From positions 30,628,001-30,692,000 of the forward strand of contig NC_043001.1 of the NCBI RefSeq assembly GCF_006345805.1: 64,000 nucleotides of DNA, given 5' to 3'. The notes beneath the pieces were generated by a model. It saw nothing but the letters and a program-made list of their open reading frames with translations, had not been told where the DNA came from and searched no databases. Origin of the DNA: Octopus sinensis (taxonomy: Eukaryota). The position numbers and the translations under genes are program-made. Positions 37,770-50,700 of this stretch are shown one piece after another. Within the stretch, counting starts at the first letter, position 1. Each line of letters opens with the position of its first letter.

Positions 37770-38830
37770 GTAAGCAACGTTTTGAAACATGAAATTCATC
37801 ACAATATATTTCAACAATGCGGAGATTTTATTCATCAGAGTAAGTACCATTACAATCAACACATTTTTGCCAACGAGTTACAAGTTTGTTTATTCCGATA
37901 ACATAAAAATCTGGAGTCCCGGAGCTGATGAACTCTTTGAACACATTTTCAGCATCGGTTTGATTTTTTAGCTCCTTCTCTCGCAGGAAACCATCAAGGT
38001 GTTTGAAAAAGTGGTAGTTTGTAAGAGAAACGTCTGGGGAATAAGCTGGGTGGCGAAGAACTTCATAGCCAAGTTCCCTCATCTTCTAGAACGTCATTAG
38101 TGAAACGTGTGGTCGAGTATTGGCCCTCTTCTATTGACCGTTCTGAGACGGAAGAGTAACAGTTATTCGTTCATTTCAACAGTTTCATGGCAATATGTTT
38201 CTGCAGTAATGATTTTTCCAGGTTTTAAGAAGTTATAGAGGATGAGTCCAGCAGTACACCACCAAACAGTCACCATAACCTTCTTTTTGAAGAGCTCGGG
38301 TTTATGGAAGATTTTCAGTGCTTCATTTTGGTCCAACCACTGCGAAGAACGGTTTTTATTATTGTACAGAATCCACTTTTCATCGCAAGTTAAAATACGG
38401 TCGAGAAATGGATCGGTCTGGTTGCGGAGAAGAAGCAACGAGCAAATTTCATATCGACGCATTTTCTGATTTCCGTTCAAATCCTGTGGTACCCATTTGT
38501 CGAGCTTTTTTGATATTCCGATCGAATCCAAATCGTTGCAGGCAGTTTTATGGCTAACTTGAAGTTCTTTTGCCAGTTCTCGAGTGGTTTTACGAGGATC
38601 TTTCTCAATGACGGTCTTTAATTGACCGTCATTGATGACAGATGGGCTTACAATCTTGAAGGCTCAGGTCTCCATTGCGAAATCGTTTAAACCATTTTCG
38701 AGCTGACCACTGACTGACCAATTCATCACCAACCGTTTCGTTGATATCGTGAGCAGTTTCGGCTGCTTATGTCCTTTTTTGAAGTCGAACAGAAAATTGC
38801 TCGAATATCGCGCTTTCACAATTCCATTTC
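37770..38830 (-). pseudogene. Near-full-length mariner (DD34D-type) transposase, frameshifted
   Basis: HTH-like GHKAAETAHDIN...WFKRFRNGD; WVPQDL; ILTCDEKWILY; HPAYSPD; C-terminal GINKLVTRWQKCVDCNGTY; split over ORFs 38163..38531 and 37828..38082. Confidence 0.92.
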
Positions 38831-41810
38831 AGATTATTGTCAAAACGGTGAAAGAAAATATCAATGCCTGTGTATATATATATATATATATATAATATAT
38901 ATATATATATATGAATACACGTGCATCCGTGCAGGGATGCACACACACACGTCTAGGTACCATGTAGATCTCCCCCTACTGGCTCTTAAGTACTTGTGTT
39001 GTGTGTTTGTGTTTGTGAGTGTGTATGTGCGTGTCTGTCATCATCATCATCCTTTAACATCCGTTTTCCAATCTGGTATGGGTTGGACTGTTTAGAGCTT
39101 GCAAGCAGGATTGCTGCACCAGGTTCTAGTCATCTGTTTTGACAAGGTTTCTATGGTCGGATGTCCTTCCTAATGCCAACCACTTTATGGAGTGTACTGG
39201 GTACTTCGTACATGGCGCTGGCATAGGTGCTCCCGTACGTGACACCTCCACGGATGCTATTACGTGGCGCCAGCACAGGTGCTCTCCCTTTATGTGGTAC
39301 CGGTGTGGGTACTTTTTACATGACACCAGCACTTGGTTTTTGCAGACCAATCCCCTTCAGCAGGGGGAGCGGCATTAGCACTTCTGCTGTGGAGGATGAG
39401 TCTTCTTGATTACAGCAAGGTGCTTATATATCTCAATCTTTTGTTATCCTCTCTATATGGTTCTGCATCCAGAGACCATCCTTCAGTACTTCGTCCCATG
39501 TCTTCCTGGGTCTCCCTCTTCATACACACACACACATATATATACAGTATGCATATGTTTGTGTGCGAGAGAGAGACAGAGTGTGAGAGACAGAGAGAGG
39601 AAGAGGGAGAGAAAATAGGAGGAAAAGCACGGAGGAGACTGATATATATGCACTCTTGAACTCATAGATATATACGTATCTACATATATACAGTGGAGGC
39701 GCAATGGCCCAGTGGTTAGGGCAGCGAACTCGCGGTCGTAGGATCGCGGTTTGTGAGTGTTTATTGAGCGAAAACACCTAAAGCTCCACGAGGCTACGGC
39801 AGGGGTAGGTGGTGACCCTGCTGTACTCTTTCACCACAACTTTCTCTCACTCTTTCTTCCTGTTTCTGTTGTACCTGTATTTCAAAGGGCCAGCCTTGTC
39901 ACAATCTGTGTCACGCTGAATCTTCCCGAGAACTACGTTAAGAGTACACGTGTCTGTGGAGTACTCAGCCACTTGCACGTTAATAAATGAGCTGCGACGT
40001 CACTGGTGCCAAGCTGTATCGGCCTTTGCCTTTCCCTTGGATAACATCAGTGGCATGGAGAGGGGAGGCTGGTATGCGTGGGCGACTGCTGGTCTTCTAT
40101 AAACAACCTTGCCCAAACTTGTACCTCGGAAGGGTAACTTTCTAGGTGCAATTCCATGGTCATCCATGACCGAAGGAGGTCACACTCACTCACATACACA
40201 CACACAGGCCTAGATGCATGCACACTTGTAACTGAAGATATGTGGACTTGTATTTGTAACTATAATGATACGAAGCTTATGGAACAACCAAGGAAGAAAC
40301 TGTTTTATTTTATTACAGAAATATGTAGAGAATATTCTCAATATTTTAATAGAAGTAAACGTATGTTCATTGAAATACCGTATTTTTAGCCATAGTTTGT
40401 ATGATTAATATACTCTTTTACTTGTTTCAGTCATTTGACTGCGGCCATGCTGGAGCACCGCCTTTAGTCGAGCAAATCGACCCCGGGACTTATTCTTTGT
40501 AAGCCCAGTACTTACTCTATCGGTGTCGTTTGCCGAACCGCTAAGTAACGGGGACGTAAACACACCAGCATCGGTTGTCAAGCAATGCTAGGGGGACAAA
40601 CACAGACACACAAACACACACATATATATATATATACATATATACGACAGTCTTCTTTCAGTTTCCGCCTACCAAATCCACTCACAAGGCATTGGTCGGC
40701 CCGGGGCTATAGCAGAAGACACTTGCCCAAGATGCCACGCAGTGGGACTGAACCCGGAACCATGTGGTTGGTTAGCAAGCTACTTACCACACAGCCACTC
40801 CTGCGCCTATATGTTGAATAACTATTATTTTGTTTTCATTTTTTTTATTGTCATTTAATGTTACATTCTCTTTACAGCCATATAGCTGTCTACAATAAAA
40901 ATATCCTGCTGAAATGAACTGAGAAGGAATATATGTGGCTTGTTGCCTCTGCCTCAGATTCCTGTACTAGCAGAGCCTAGTTAAGGACCATATGGTAATA
41001 TAACGTTTCTATACACTTTGTAACTAAGTCATGGTACCAAGCAGCATTGGTACAACCAATGCTTAAGAGCTGATAGGTGCAGAAGACAAGCCTAGAAATT
41101 TGACTCTGAATTCATGCTAGTCTTTAGATGTTTGGGTGAATTCCATCGTTCACCTATACCCACGTCTCCAGTACCAAGAAAGGTGGAGCAAAATGGGGTT
41201 GGAGAAGAGGAACCTGCTACAGAAAGAGTATGTGAAACGTTGGAAGGATGTGATGAGAAAGGTGGGTGTGAGTAACCCAGCTTAATCATCGAAGAAAGGA
41301 AAAATTAGTTGCTGGGCCCTATAGGCTGCCGGGTTCAAAATTTGGAACCTGCGTCTTTTCCCTTTTTCGTTTTAACAAATGTTATGTTTTCTATTTATAT
41401 TTAAAAAAACCCCAAAAAAACAACAACACAGACAAAGTTCTCGTTGAAAGGGCAAAAGTAAGCCAATGATTCATTTAAAGGCAAAAATAAGCCAAGTTTT
41501 CGTTTATGTCATATTACAACTAAATTTTTAAGTCTCATTCGAACTCATATAACATTCTTTGTATTTGTCTGTCTTGTTATGTCCCTATCTATGTAAGATC
41601 GCATGATTATAATAAAGATTGTTATATTTTGAAATCAAACTTAATTTATGATATTTCCTGGATAAATGTTACTGATTTGATGATGTCACTATGACAGTAT
41701 AAAACAAATTCAAATTCTTTCGACTTGACGATGGTTCACAAAATAATTTCATGCACACACATACACGCATAACCATAATCGTTACTTGGAAGTGCATATA
41801 ATTTGGTAGT

Positions 41811-41862
41811 ATGAGAATTCTTTTGATAATTGTTTTAAATGCCTATGTAGCCGCAAGCATAC
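41811..41862 (+). CDS. Signal-peptide-like first coding exon of an unidentified secreted protein
   Basis: MRILLIIVLNAYVAASI: basic n-region, hydrophobic core, VAA small-residue cleavage-like site; GTAAGT donor at 41863 (phase 1). Confidence 0.5.
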
Positions 41863-42207
41863 GTAAGTTACTCTCGCCTAGCAGAATATGGATTATACAG
41901 CACCAGCCAAAAGGTGGTACTAATTTTCTGCTTACTACGCAAAAACGTGAAATGAAGCTCCATCCTCAAGGATACATGGACTTGCCCGGCTCAGGAACAG
42001 AATCTACGATCTTGTGAAACCAACATTCTAATCCTTCAGATACGCGCCTTCGCTAACATAAAACGTATATCAAGAAAATATAACGTGTAAAAAAAAAAAG
42101 ATTCGAAGGTAACTGGAATGGTTTACATTAGTAAAACTTGAAATTTATGTGTTTGAATAAGTGTGCAGAGGAAAAAGATTTTCAACTGGAAATCTCTTTC
42201 TTGTTAG

Positions 42208-42228
42208 ACAAAGGTCGGTGCCAAAAAC
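42208..42228 (+). CDS. 21-nt microexon (HKGRCQK) continuing the signal-peptide exon
   Basis: Strong acceptor tctctttcttgttAG, GTAAGA donor, phase 1-1, in frame with 41811-41862. Confidence 0.4.
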
Positions 42229-43103
42229 GTAAGAATTTCCCCCGTGATATGCTGACTTATGAATTTCAGTATATGAGAATAAATATGATTATATTTATTC
42301 ATGTGTAACGATATACTATGTGGAGGCGCGTGGCTTAGTGGTTAGGGTGTCAGCATCATGATCGTAAGATTGTGGTTTCGATTCCTGGACTGGGCGACGT
42401 GAGCAAAACACTTCATTTCACGTTGCTCCAGTCCACTCAGCTGGCAAAAATGAGTAACGCTGCGATGGACTGGCGTTTCGTCCAGCTGGGGAACATATAC
42501 GCCATTGAAACCGGGGAAACCGGGCCCCCATGAGCCTGGCTAGGCTTTAAAAGGGCGCATTTATTTTAGTGGAGGCGCAATGGCCCAGTGGATAGGGCAG
42601 CGGACTCGCGGTCGGAGGATAGCGGTTTCGATTCCCAGACCGGGCGTTGTGTGCGTTTATTGAGTGGAAGCACCTAAAAGCTCCACGAAGCTCCGGCAGG
42701 GGGTGGCGGCGACCCCTGTTATACTCTTTCGCCTCATCTTTCTCTCACTGTATCTTCCTGTTTCTTGAGTAACGTTGCGATGGACTGGTGTCCCGTCCAG
42801 CTGGGGGGAACACATACGTCACAGAAACCGAGAAACCGGGCCCATGAGCCTGGCTAGGCTTGAAAAGGGCGCATAAAAATAAAAACGATATACTATAACG
42901 ACTGAAAAGAGGCATTTACACCAAATAAGCCAGTTTACATGTGTCCATTCGAGATGTGTGTATCAGCAATGATAGCGAATTCTTAAAGTCATCGAATTCC
43001 GCAGTCTAGTGAATGACACAAGTTCCTACAGCAAGTTACGTACCAGATAAACTATCTGAATAAATCGAATGGACTGTCAAAGAGAGGGCGCCAAAGACAA
43101 AAG

Positions 43104-43409
43104 TCAATGTTGACATTCCAAAACGTTTACAACTGGGAATTTAACTAGTGAAGTATCTGCTGGGTCAACTGTGATTTTCGCCCAGTCAGTCCAGCTATTT
43201 GATAAAAACAAGTTCTTCACGTGTCTACAAAGGGCTTCAATGGATAGCTGCTTTCTGACACCAGCAATCTCTTGGTGTTTAGTAATTTTTACGCCAAAGC
43301 ACAGTGATTCAGGTTTGATTCCTAGGCAGTGAGTTAGCATTTGGGACTCTGCCAACATTCTATCTAAACACGATGCGCTTTCTGTACATTGTTCCAGTTT
43401 TGTTTTGTG
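43104..43409 (-). CDS. Unidentified 101-codon open frame with 6 Cys (possible terminal exon)
   Basis: Stop-free from an AT-rich TAG at 43410-43412 to TGA at 43104 in repeat-free sequence; HKTKLEQCTESASCLDR...SWTDWAKITVDPADTSLVKFPVVNVLECQH. No family recognised. Confidence 0.3.
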   Translation of the reverse strand, partial: HKTKLEQCTESASCLDRMLAESQMLTHCLGIKPESLCFGVKITKHQEIAGVRKQLSIEALCRHVKNLFLSNSWTDWAKITVDPADTSLVKFPVVNVLECQH

Positions 43410-43491
43410 CTATTTTAAATTAAAATTTCTGTGTTCTGAGAGTGGGCGCTAAACCTGATGGTTTATATTTTCATAAGGATTTTATATTTTA

Positions 43492-43860
43492 CTAGCACCG
43501 GGTCTAGTGCTAGTCAAGTATATTTGGTCTTTCATGAAAATCCCGCTCTCTTGTCATTCACTTGGTCTAACACGTTAATTATTTCCTGCATTTCTCAAAT
43601 AAAAAAAAGCGTGCACGTTTGAAAGCCAAAACACAAAAATACGCACGCGCATTCAACTGTTGGGTATAAGGGGTCGGTTTATCGATTTTTTTAATGGCTT
43701 TCTGGGGTGACTGGGGAAATGTAAAGGTATGCACGACCACCCTTGGACGATTTTGAATGACCATAGAAAGTGCGAGCCCTCTAACTGAAAAATTATGGAT
43801 TTGTATAAAGGACACGCGCACACACACACACACACAGACGGTTTACCGTTTATATATAAA
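43492..43860 (-). mobile_element. Non-autonomous Helitron-like element, head-to-tail with the Pif1-bearing copy
   Basis: CTAG end; internal segment shared with 49193-49500; 5' tatatataaacgg head. Confidence 0.7.
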
Positions 43861-44706
43861 CTAGCAGAATTGCCCGGCGTTGCTCGGGGCTGAATTGCTT
43901 GAAAGTACTGTTAATGATTGCACTGAATTATGATGATTATTCAGGCAAATATTGATATAAGTTTACGGTGGGAGATAAAGACTTAACGATCAAACGTGTG
44001 CCATTGCATTGTTTTGGGGGAACCAAATATCTGATGAGCATTATAGGGGCACCAACTTTAAGTTTGAGAAAGTGTGGTGGTAGTCCGGGGTGCTCAAAGG
44101 AATTGAGTACCTCTATTGGATAGTTGATGACGTCCTCTGGGTCAGGAGTTGTATCGATAGACTGATATACATAGACTTCCCCAGGAATGAGTTTTAGCAT
44201 TTCATCATTAATATGGTGAACAGTTTTATTCCTCGGGGCCAGTATAGCCTTTTGGCCAATCCAATCCATATTCTGATAATTAGCTTGTAGATCTGGGAAC
44301 ACTGCATCTCTGAGATCAGAAGGCGTCTTAACAAAGGTACAAATGGAATCGATGGCAATATTACCAGTTTCATCCCCTGGTATTTTGCCTTCGCCAAGTG
44401 CAAGGAGGGTGTGAGGAAATGCTGCTGATGTGATATTACGTCGCATATGAGCACGCATATTGGTGTGAAGTTCGAGAGTTACTTCCCTTTATTAAAAAAA
44501 TATGCATTAAAATGGGAAAAAATGATGGTAAATTACTTGTAAAATCGCAGACTCATCGTAGACGCGCGCTAATACCCAGAAGGGATCGATATGAATCACG
44601 ACTATAAGATACCCGGTTTTGATTAAACTGCATCGCAAAATGTGGGAGTAGTTAGGAATCTAAATCGGAGTAGACAGACACACAACCTTTCTTTTATATA
44701 TAAAGA
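43861..44706 (-). mobile_element. Helitron deletion derivative carrying a Pif1-like helicase fragment (ORF 43937..44458)
   Basis: Minus strand 5' TC and 3' CTAG, subterminal GC hairpin (cccgagcaacgccggg), inserted between A and T; peptide motifs AILAPRN and GLPPHFLKLKVGAPIMLIR...CNGTRLIV are typical of Helitron RepHel helicases. Confidence 0.92.
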
Positions 44707-45240
44707 TTTTCGTCCTAAAAAACTTTGTATGGATTGAATGGTTACCTCTATGGAAATATATACACGCACATTATACATACATGTGTGTATAGATGAATAT
44801 ATAAATACATTTAAATATCTATATACACTTTTGGGCGATCTTTCTTTTTCTTAGAGATAACTTTAGATCTTATTTTCGTCCTAAAAAACTTTGTATGGAG
44901 TGAATGGTTACCTCTATGGAAATATATACACACACGTTATACATACATGTGTGCATAGATAAATATATAAATACATTTATATATCTATATACACTTTTGG
45001 GCGATCTTTCTGCTACTTAGAGATAACTTTAGATCTTATTTTCGTCCCAAAAAACTTTGTGCGGAGTGAATGGTTACCTCTATGGAAATATATACACACA
45101 CATTATACATACATCTGTGTATAGATGAATATATAAATACATTTAAATATCTATATACACTTTTGGGCGATCTTTCTGCTACTTGGATATACTTTAGATC
45201 TTATATTTGTCCTAAAAAACTTTGTATGAATTGAAATTTT
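44707..45240. repeat. Tandem array of ~3.2 x 166-bp units
   Basis: cgtcc(t/c)aaaaaactttgt at 44711, 44877, 45043 and ~45208. Confidence 0.95.
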
Positions 45241-46107
45241 TAAGAAAGGAATTTGTTTACATACATGTGTAAAATGGCAAATGTTTGTGCAGTTGTCCGA
45301 AATGGAACCAGGGTAAATGTGTGGAACTGATGTATAATAATGAATAGTCCTTCTTGTTGTGAATATTAATTTGATGAATATGAACTGAAAACCAGTGGTG
45401 TAGCAAAAAGGATGACCAGTCTGACTGGCTCATCCCTGTCACACACTCACACACACGCACACACACACACACGCACCCTCACACACACGCACACACACTC
45501 ACACACACGCACACACACGTTAGCTTACAATTTTATTTATATATTTACGTGTCTATGTGTGTAAAGAGGAAGTGGGAGTAATATGCAGAGTAAAGGCTTT
45601 GAAGTGAAATGGTAGTTTTCTCGAATTTTTTCTGAAATGGGGGTGAAATTGAAAGAAATTTTGTATTGCATGACCGAATGGAAGTACTTGTAAAAATCAT
45701 AGGTAAACTGTAATTGAAGAAATTGTGTGAGGAGTAAATCGTTATGTATTTATTTGTTTCTGTTTGCTGTTTTTTTTTTTTAGTAGTGTTGTAAGGTACA
45801 CTTGCAAAGAGAAAGTAGGAGAAATTAGGGTGATAGCATGAGTGAAGCAGTTCGCTCCGTTTTTTTTTGTGTGTGTGTGTGCTGTAGCACACACTAAGAA
45901 AAGCACTTCACTTACACACCACAATGTGAGTTTTCTCGAAATTTTGCTTAATTGGGGGTGAAATTTGAAAAACTGTACCTGGCACGACCCGATGTATTCT
46001 ACTCTTTAAAATACTAGGTAAATTGTAATTGAAGAAATCCTATATTGTAGATTTCTATAAGAGACAAAGGGAGGCAGATAAAATCTGCCTTTTATAATAA
46101 GAGATAT

Positions 46108-46340
46108 AAGGCGGCGAGCTGGCAGAAACGTTAGCACGCCGGGCGAAATGCTTAGCGGTATTTCCTCTGTTGTTACGTTCTGAGTTCAAATTCCGCCGAG
46201 GTCGACTTTGCCTTTCATCCTTTCGGGGTCGATAAATAAAGTATACCAGTTACGCACTGGGGTCGATGTAATCGACTTAATCCGTTGGTCTGTCCTTGTT
46301 TGTCCCCTTATGTTTAACCCCTGGTGGGCAGTAAAGAAAT
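46108..46340 (+). mobile_element. tRNA-derived SINE family B (representative copy)
   Basis: ggcggcgagctggcagaaacg...gagttcaaattcc...gtcgactttgcctttcatcc. Other copies about 7765-8000(-), 22560-22785(-), 28995-29170(-), 30835-30995, 48268-48500, 57695-57915(-), 61500-61720(-), and three at 63205-64000. Confidence 0.9.
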
Positions 46341-47009
46341 ATATATATAAATATTTTATAATGGTTATAGAAGTTTCTCACGTGTTGACCGCTGATTCAG
46401 GTATACAAGTTCATATATTGGATAATGTTAGAGATAGTAAACATCTGTTCCGCAGCCAGGTTGAGTGAACACGAATAAGCTTTATTCAGAATTGTACGTT
46501 CAGTGGCACTTTACCGTCTCATTAATTATGAATGAGTCGGCATCCACATTATGACGTATTTTATGAAAATTTTAAGAGAGTAGAAAATGGGAAACAGTAG
46601 TGATCATATATTTCACAAATGACCTTTCATTTCTCTAGATGGCTGAAATTTATTGGAAGTGACTTTGGAGTATACCAAACCTCTCCCCCCACCACAAAAA
46701 AAAGAAAGAAAGAAAGAAATGATTTCTGTTCCTTTCTGATCTCTGTAGACCTGTTTTAGACGTTACGTATAACAGCTCTAAGTCAAGCAGGAACATCAAA
46801 TATTTAGATAACCTAAAGAAAATATTGTAACAGACGAAACTGATCATTAAGGTTATCATATTTCAACTATGAGGGCAACCAACATATGATACCGTTTCCC
46901 TTTTACAAGGATACTTTATAGCTTATACTACGAAACTGGAAACGGTTAGTGTTTCAGAAGGTACAAAATAAATAAACAAACAAGTAAGTAAAAAAAAGAA
47001 CATCAGAAA

Positions 47010-47386
47010 TCTCTATATATATAAACGGCAGTTTGTCTGTGCGTGTTTCTGTGTGTCTGTTTTCTTGTACCCTCACCCTGACCACGGCTTTCAACCGATT
47101 CTGATGAAACTTGACACACACATAGCCCAATGTCATAATTCAAAACTATCGCAGCGAAAATTTTGAAAAGTTCCCCCAGTTCTGAAAAAAATCGATAAAT
47201 TCGACATGGGGTCGACAATCAGAAACACAAACCACAGGGGACGCAACTCGACCTTTTTAACTATCAAAAAAAAATTTACCATAATTTTTTTCCCCATTTT
47301 TTTGCTATTTTTTGGCTATAACTCTCTAAAAATGCTTTATAGTTATTTCCCTTACAAACCCGAGCAACGCCGGGCGATACTGCCAG
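47010..47386 (+). mobile_element. Non-autonomous Helitron (second subfamily)
   Basis: aTCtctatatatataaacgg start; cccgagcaacgccgggcgatactgCCAGt end. Confidence 0.85.
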
Positions 47387-47567
47387 TATAGGAATAAAAA
47401 AATGCATGTCATTTTACAATAATAACTGGAACTGGTACCAAAAACTGCGACTGTTGTTGTTACTTTCAGTTGATGTTACTTTAACGAAAGATACTTAAAT
47501 GAAATATTGAGATGCACACACATATTAAACTTCTTTTGTGCATTTAAGATAACATATTTTACACATA

Positions 47568-48050
47568 GTGGAGGCGCAATGGCCAAGTGGTCAGGGCAGC
47601 GGACTCGCGGTCGTAGGATCGCGGTTTCGATTCCCAGACCGGGCGTTGTGAGTGTTTATTGAGCGAAAACACCTAAAAGCTCCACGAGGCTCCGGCAGGG
47701 GATGGTGGTGATCCCTGCTGTACTCTTTCACCACAACTTTCTCTCACTCTTACTTCCTGTTTCTGTTGTACCTGTATTTCAAAGGGCCGGCCTTGTCACT
47801 CTCTGTGTCACGCTGAATATCCCCGAGAACTACGTTAAGGGTACACGTGTCTGTGGAGTGCTCCTAAAAGCTCCACGAGGCTCCGGCAGGGGGTGGTGAT
47901 CCCTGCTGTACTCTTTCACCACTCTTTTCTTCTGTTGGCCTGCTCGCTTAGCCAGCGGGGTGGCGTCATTCAAAGGCTAAAACAATGCGAACGCATTGTG
48001 ACCAGCGATGTGTAACAACATCTGATGGACTGGTCGGTCACGTGATCACA
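47568..48050 (+). mobile_element. tRNA-derived SINE family C (representative copy, with internal duplication)
   Basis: gtggaggcgcaatggcc(c/a)agtgg...ggtttcgattccc head. Related copies about 39693-40200, 42320-42560, 42568-42880, 48688-48900, 60195-60490, 62573-62775. Confidence 0.88.
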
Positions 48051-49192
48051 TATTTTACACATACACATACACACACACACACGCATGGCGGGAGTGTTAG
48101 TTGATAATCCCCTCTATTCGACCGCCTCAACAAACCACATTGTTACTCGTGCTCAGTAGATACAGACAGATATATAACTGAGCACAGGTAAAAATGTGAT
48201 TTGCTGAGGTAGTTGAAAAGGATCAAAACATGCCCGTTGCATTCATCTGTCGGTTTCAAGGATAAGAAGGGGCCGAGCTGGCAGAAACGTTAGCACGCCG
48301 GGCGAAATGCGTAGCCGTATTTCGTCTGCCGTTACGTTCCGAGTTCAAATTCCGCTGAGGTCGACTTTGCCTTTCATCCTTTCGAGGTCGATAAATTAAG
48401 TACCAGTTACGCACTAGGGTTGATGTAATCGACTTAATCCGTTTGTCTGTCTTTGTTTGTCCCCTCTGTGTTTAGCCCCTTGTGGGTAGTAAAGAAATAG
48501 GTTTCAAGGAAAAGATCAACTCTCATTTGTATTTCCTTTCTTTTCCAAAAATTTCGTTACACTATGACAAAATATGTATGTAAGTATCAAAATTGTTATC
48601 AAATACAGTCATTCCACGATTAAAAAATGTTTGCGATATTTTTGTTGTATCAGCATTGTAGGTTTGATTAATTACATAATTAATCATAGTGGAGGCGCGT
48701 GGCTTAGTGGTTAGGGTGTCAGCACCATGATCGTAAGATTGTGGTTTCGATTCCTGGACCGGGCGACGCGTTGTGTTCTTGAGCAAAACACTTCATTTCA
48801 CGTTGCTCCAGTCCACTCAGCTGGCAAAAATGAGTAACGCTGAGATGGACTGGCGTCCCGTCCAGCTGAGGAACACATAAGCCATAGAAACCGGGAAACT
48901 GGGCGTATTTATTATTTATATTACATAATTAATCAGCTTAGTCAACTTGACCTTTGGTCTTTTACTTCTCTGGGCAATTTGAAAAGTTTACGGGCAAAAA
49001 ATTTCGATTCTGTTTCATTTCCCCAAAACATTTTACCGATATGTTTATATATGCGTTTTGCAAGATTCTTGATGTGAATTCGTGTGTTGAAACAAATATT
49101 GTTGTATTTGAGGACGGTCATGTTGCCAGTTTAGCCAATAAAAACATACACACTATATATTTGGTGTTCACTTGCTTCAGCTTTATTTTATA

Positions 49193-49500
49193 CTAGCACT
49201 ATGACCCGGCGTTGTCGGGTCATAGTGCTAGTGCATGCATATACAGTTGCGTGCGTGCGCACATGTACGCGAGTACTGTCCAAATCTCCGACCAATCACA
49301 TACAGCTAGCTGGCATTCAATTCTATTGATTTTTTAATGGCTTTGTGGGGTGACTGGGGAAATGTAAACATGTGCACGACCACCCTTGGACGCTTTTGAA
49401 TGACCATAGAAAGTACGAGCCCTCTAACTGAAAAATTGTGGATTTGTATAAAGGATACACACACACATACACAGACATTTTGCCGTTTATATATATAGAG
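49193..49500 (-). mobile_element. Non-autonomous Helitron-like element with an extended terminal palindrome
   Basis: CTAG end within a perfect 17-bp stem; atctctatatatataaacgg head near 49500. Confidence 0.75.
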
Positions 49501-50700
49501 ATATATGTGTGTGTTTGTCCCCCCAACATCGTTTGACAACCGATGCTGGTGTGTTTACGTCCCCGTAACTTAGCGGTTCGGCAAAGGACACCGATAGAAT
49601 AAGTACTAGGCTTACAAAGAATAAGTCCTGGGATCGATTTGCTCGACTAAAGGCGGTGCTCCAGCATGGCCGCAGTCAAATGATTGAAACAAGTAAAAGA
49701 GTATTAGTGCTTGTTTCGTGAGACAGTTAAATGATGTTCGTGTTTCTATTGTTATTCCTTTATTCCGAATAAGTACTTTAAAATACACGTTCATAAAAAA
49801 GTTACTGATATTGAAAGCATTTACGATGATAAGAAAAAAACATGCAGCTTTCTTGATGTAGATATTTCGGTGTTTCCTTTGTTACGAAATTGTTGAGCCA
49901 GTCGTTAAGAAAAACATTTAAGTGTTTTTGTTAGAACTTAGAAAAAACAAAGCAGTTGTGTTCCTGTGTAATATATCTGTAATTGTATGTATAAACGGAA
50001 AACTTCGCTCGACTGCATATGTTTATATTCTAACAATGTTTTCAAATAGTAAATCTTTGGCATATTTTTACTGAGGTTAACCTTTCCATGTCATTAAGTG
50101 AATCTGAAGAATGCTAGTTTTCTTTCCAAAGAGACCCATAGAATATTTAGTTCTTTTATTTTATTTTTTGCGCAATCATTTTATTATACAGCTTTGAGGC
50201 ATCGAAGAATTTAATTATGAATGGCAACTTATAATTCAATCGTTATCAAGCTGGGAACGGGGTATCGAAAGATATTTAGTGGGGGATAATTTTACTGAAA
50301 ATTTTGATGAGTTTCAAATAAAAGAAAATTGTAAAAACAGCAAACAGGAATGCTAAAACAAATAATTGGAATAGAAAACATTCTGCCCCTATCTGACTTG
50401 TAGAAAACTTATAGACAAATTCCATTTTGTAATAGATATGAGTGAATGCTTATCAGCTCGAGTAGCGTGACGTGAACGCAAAAGGTTAAAAACAACCGTT
50501 ATAAATCAAAACAAAAAGATAGGAGACTTAGCTGATTTCCTTTACAACAGCAGTCTTTATCAGCTGTCGCGATAAACATATCAGGATCGAAATAATTTAA
50601 ATGCACAAGAAACTTCAGCGATTATTAACACCTAGAAGGAAGACGCTCAAGGCATTAGCAAATGCGTTTTCGCAAACACTAACGAAAATAATAAATCAGA

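Noticed and set aside
43104-43409. Idea that the 6-Cys frame is an IL-17-like cytokine next to its adaptor
   Set aside because: Lacks the IL-17 RS.SPW / C.C..C / CTC pattern; cysteine spacing does not fit.
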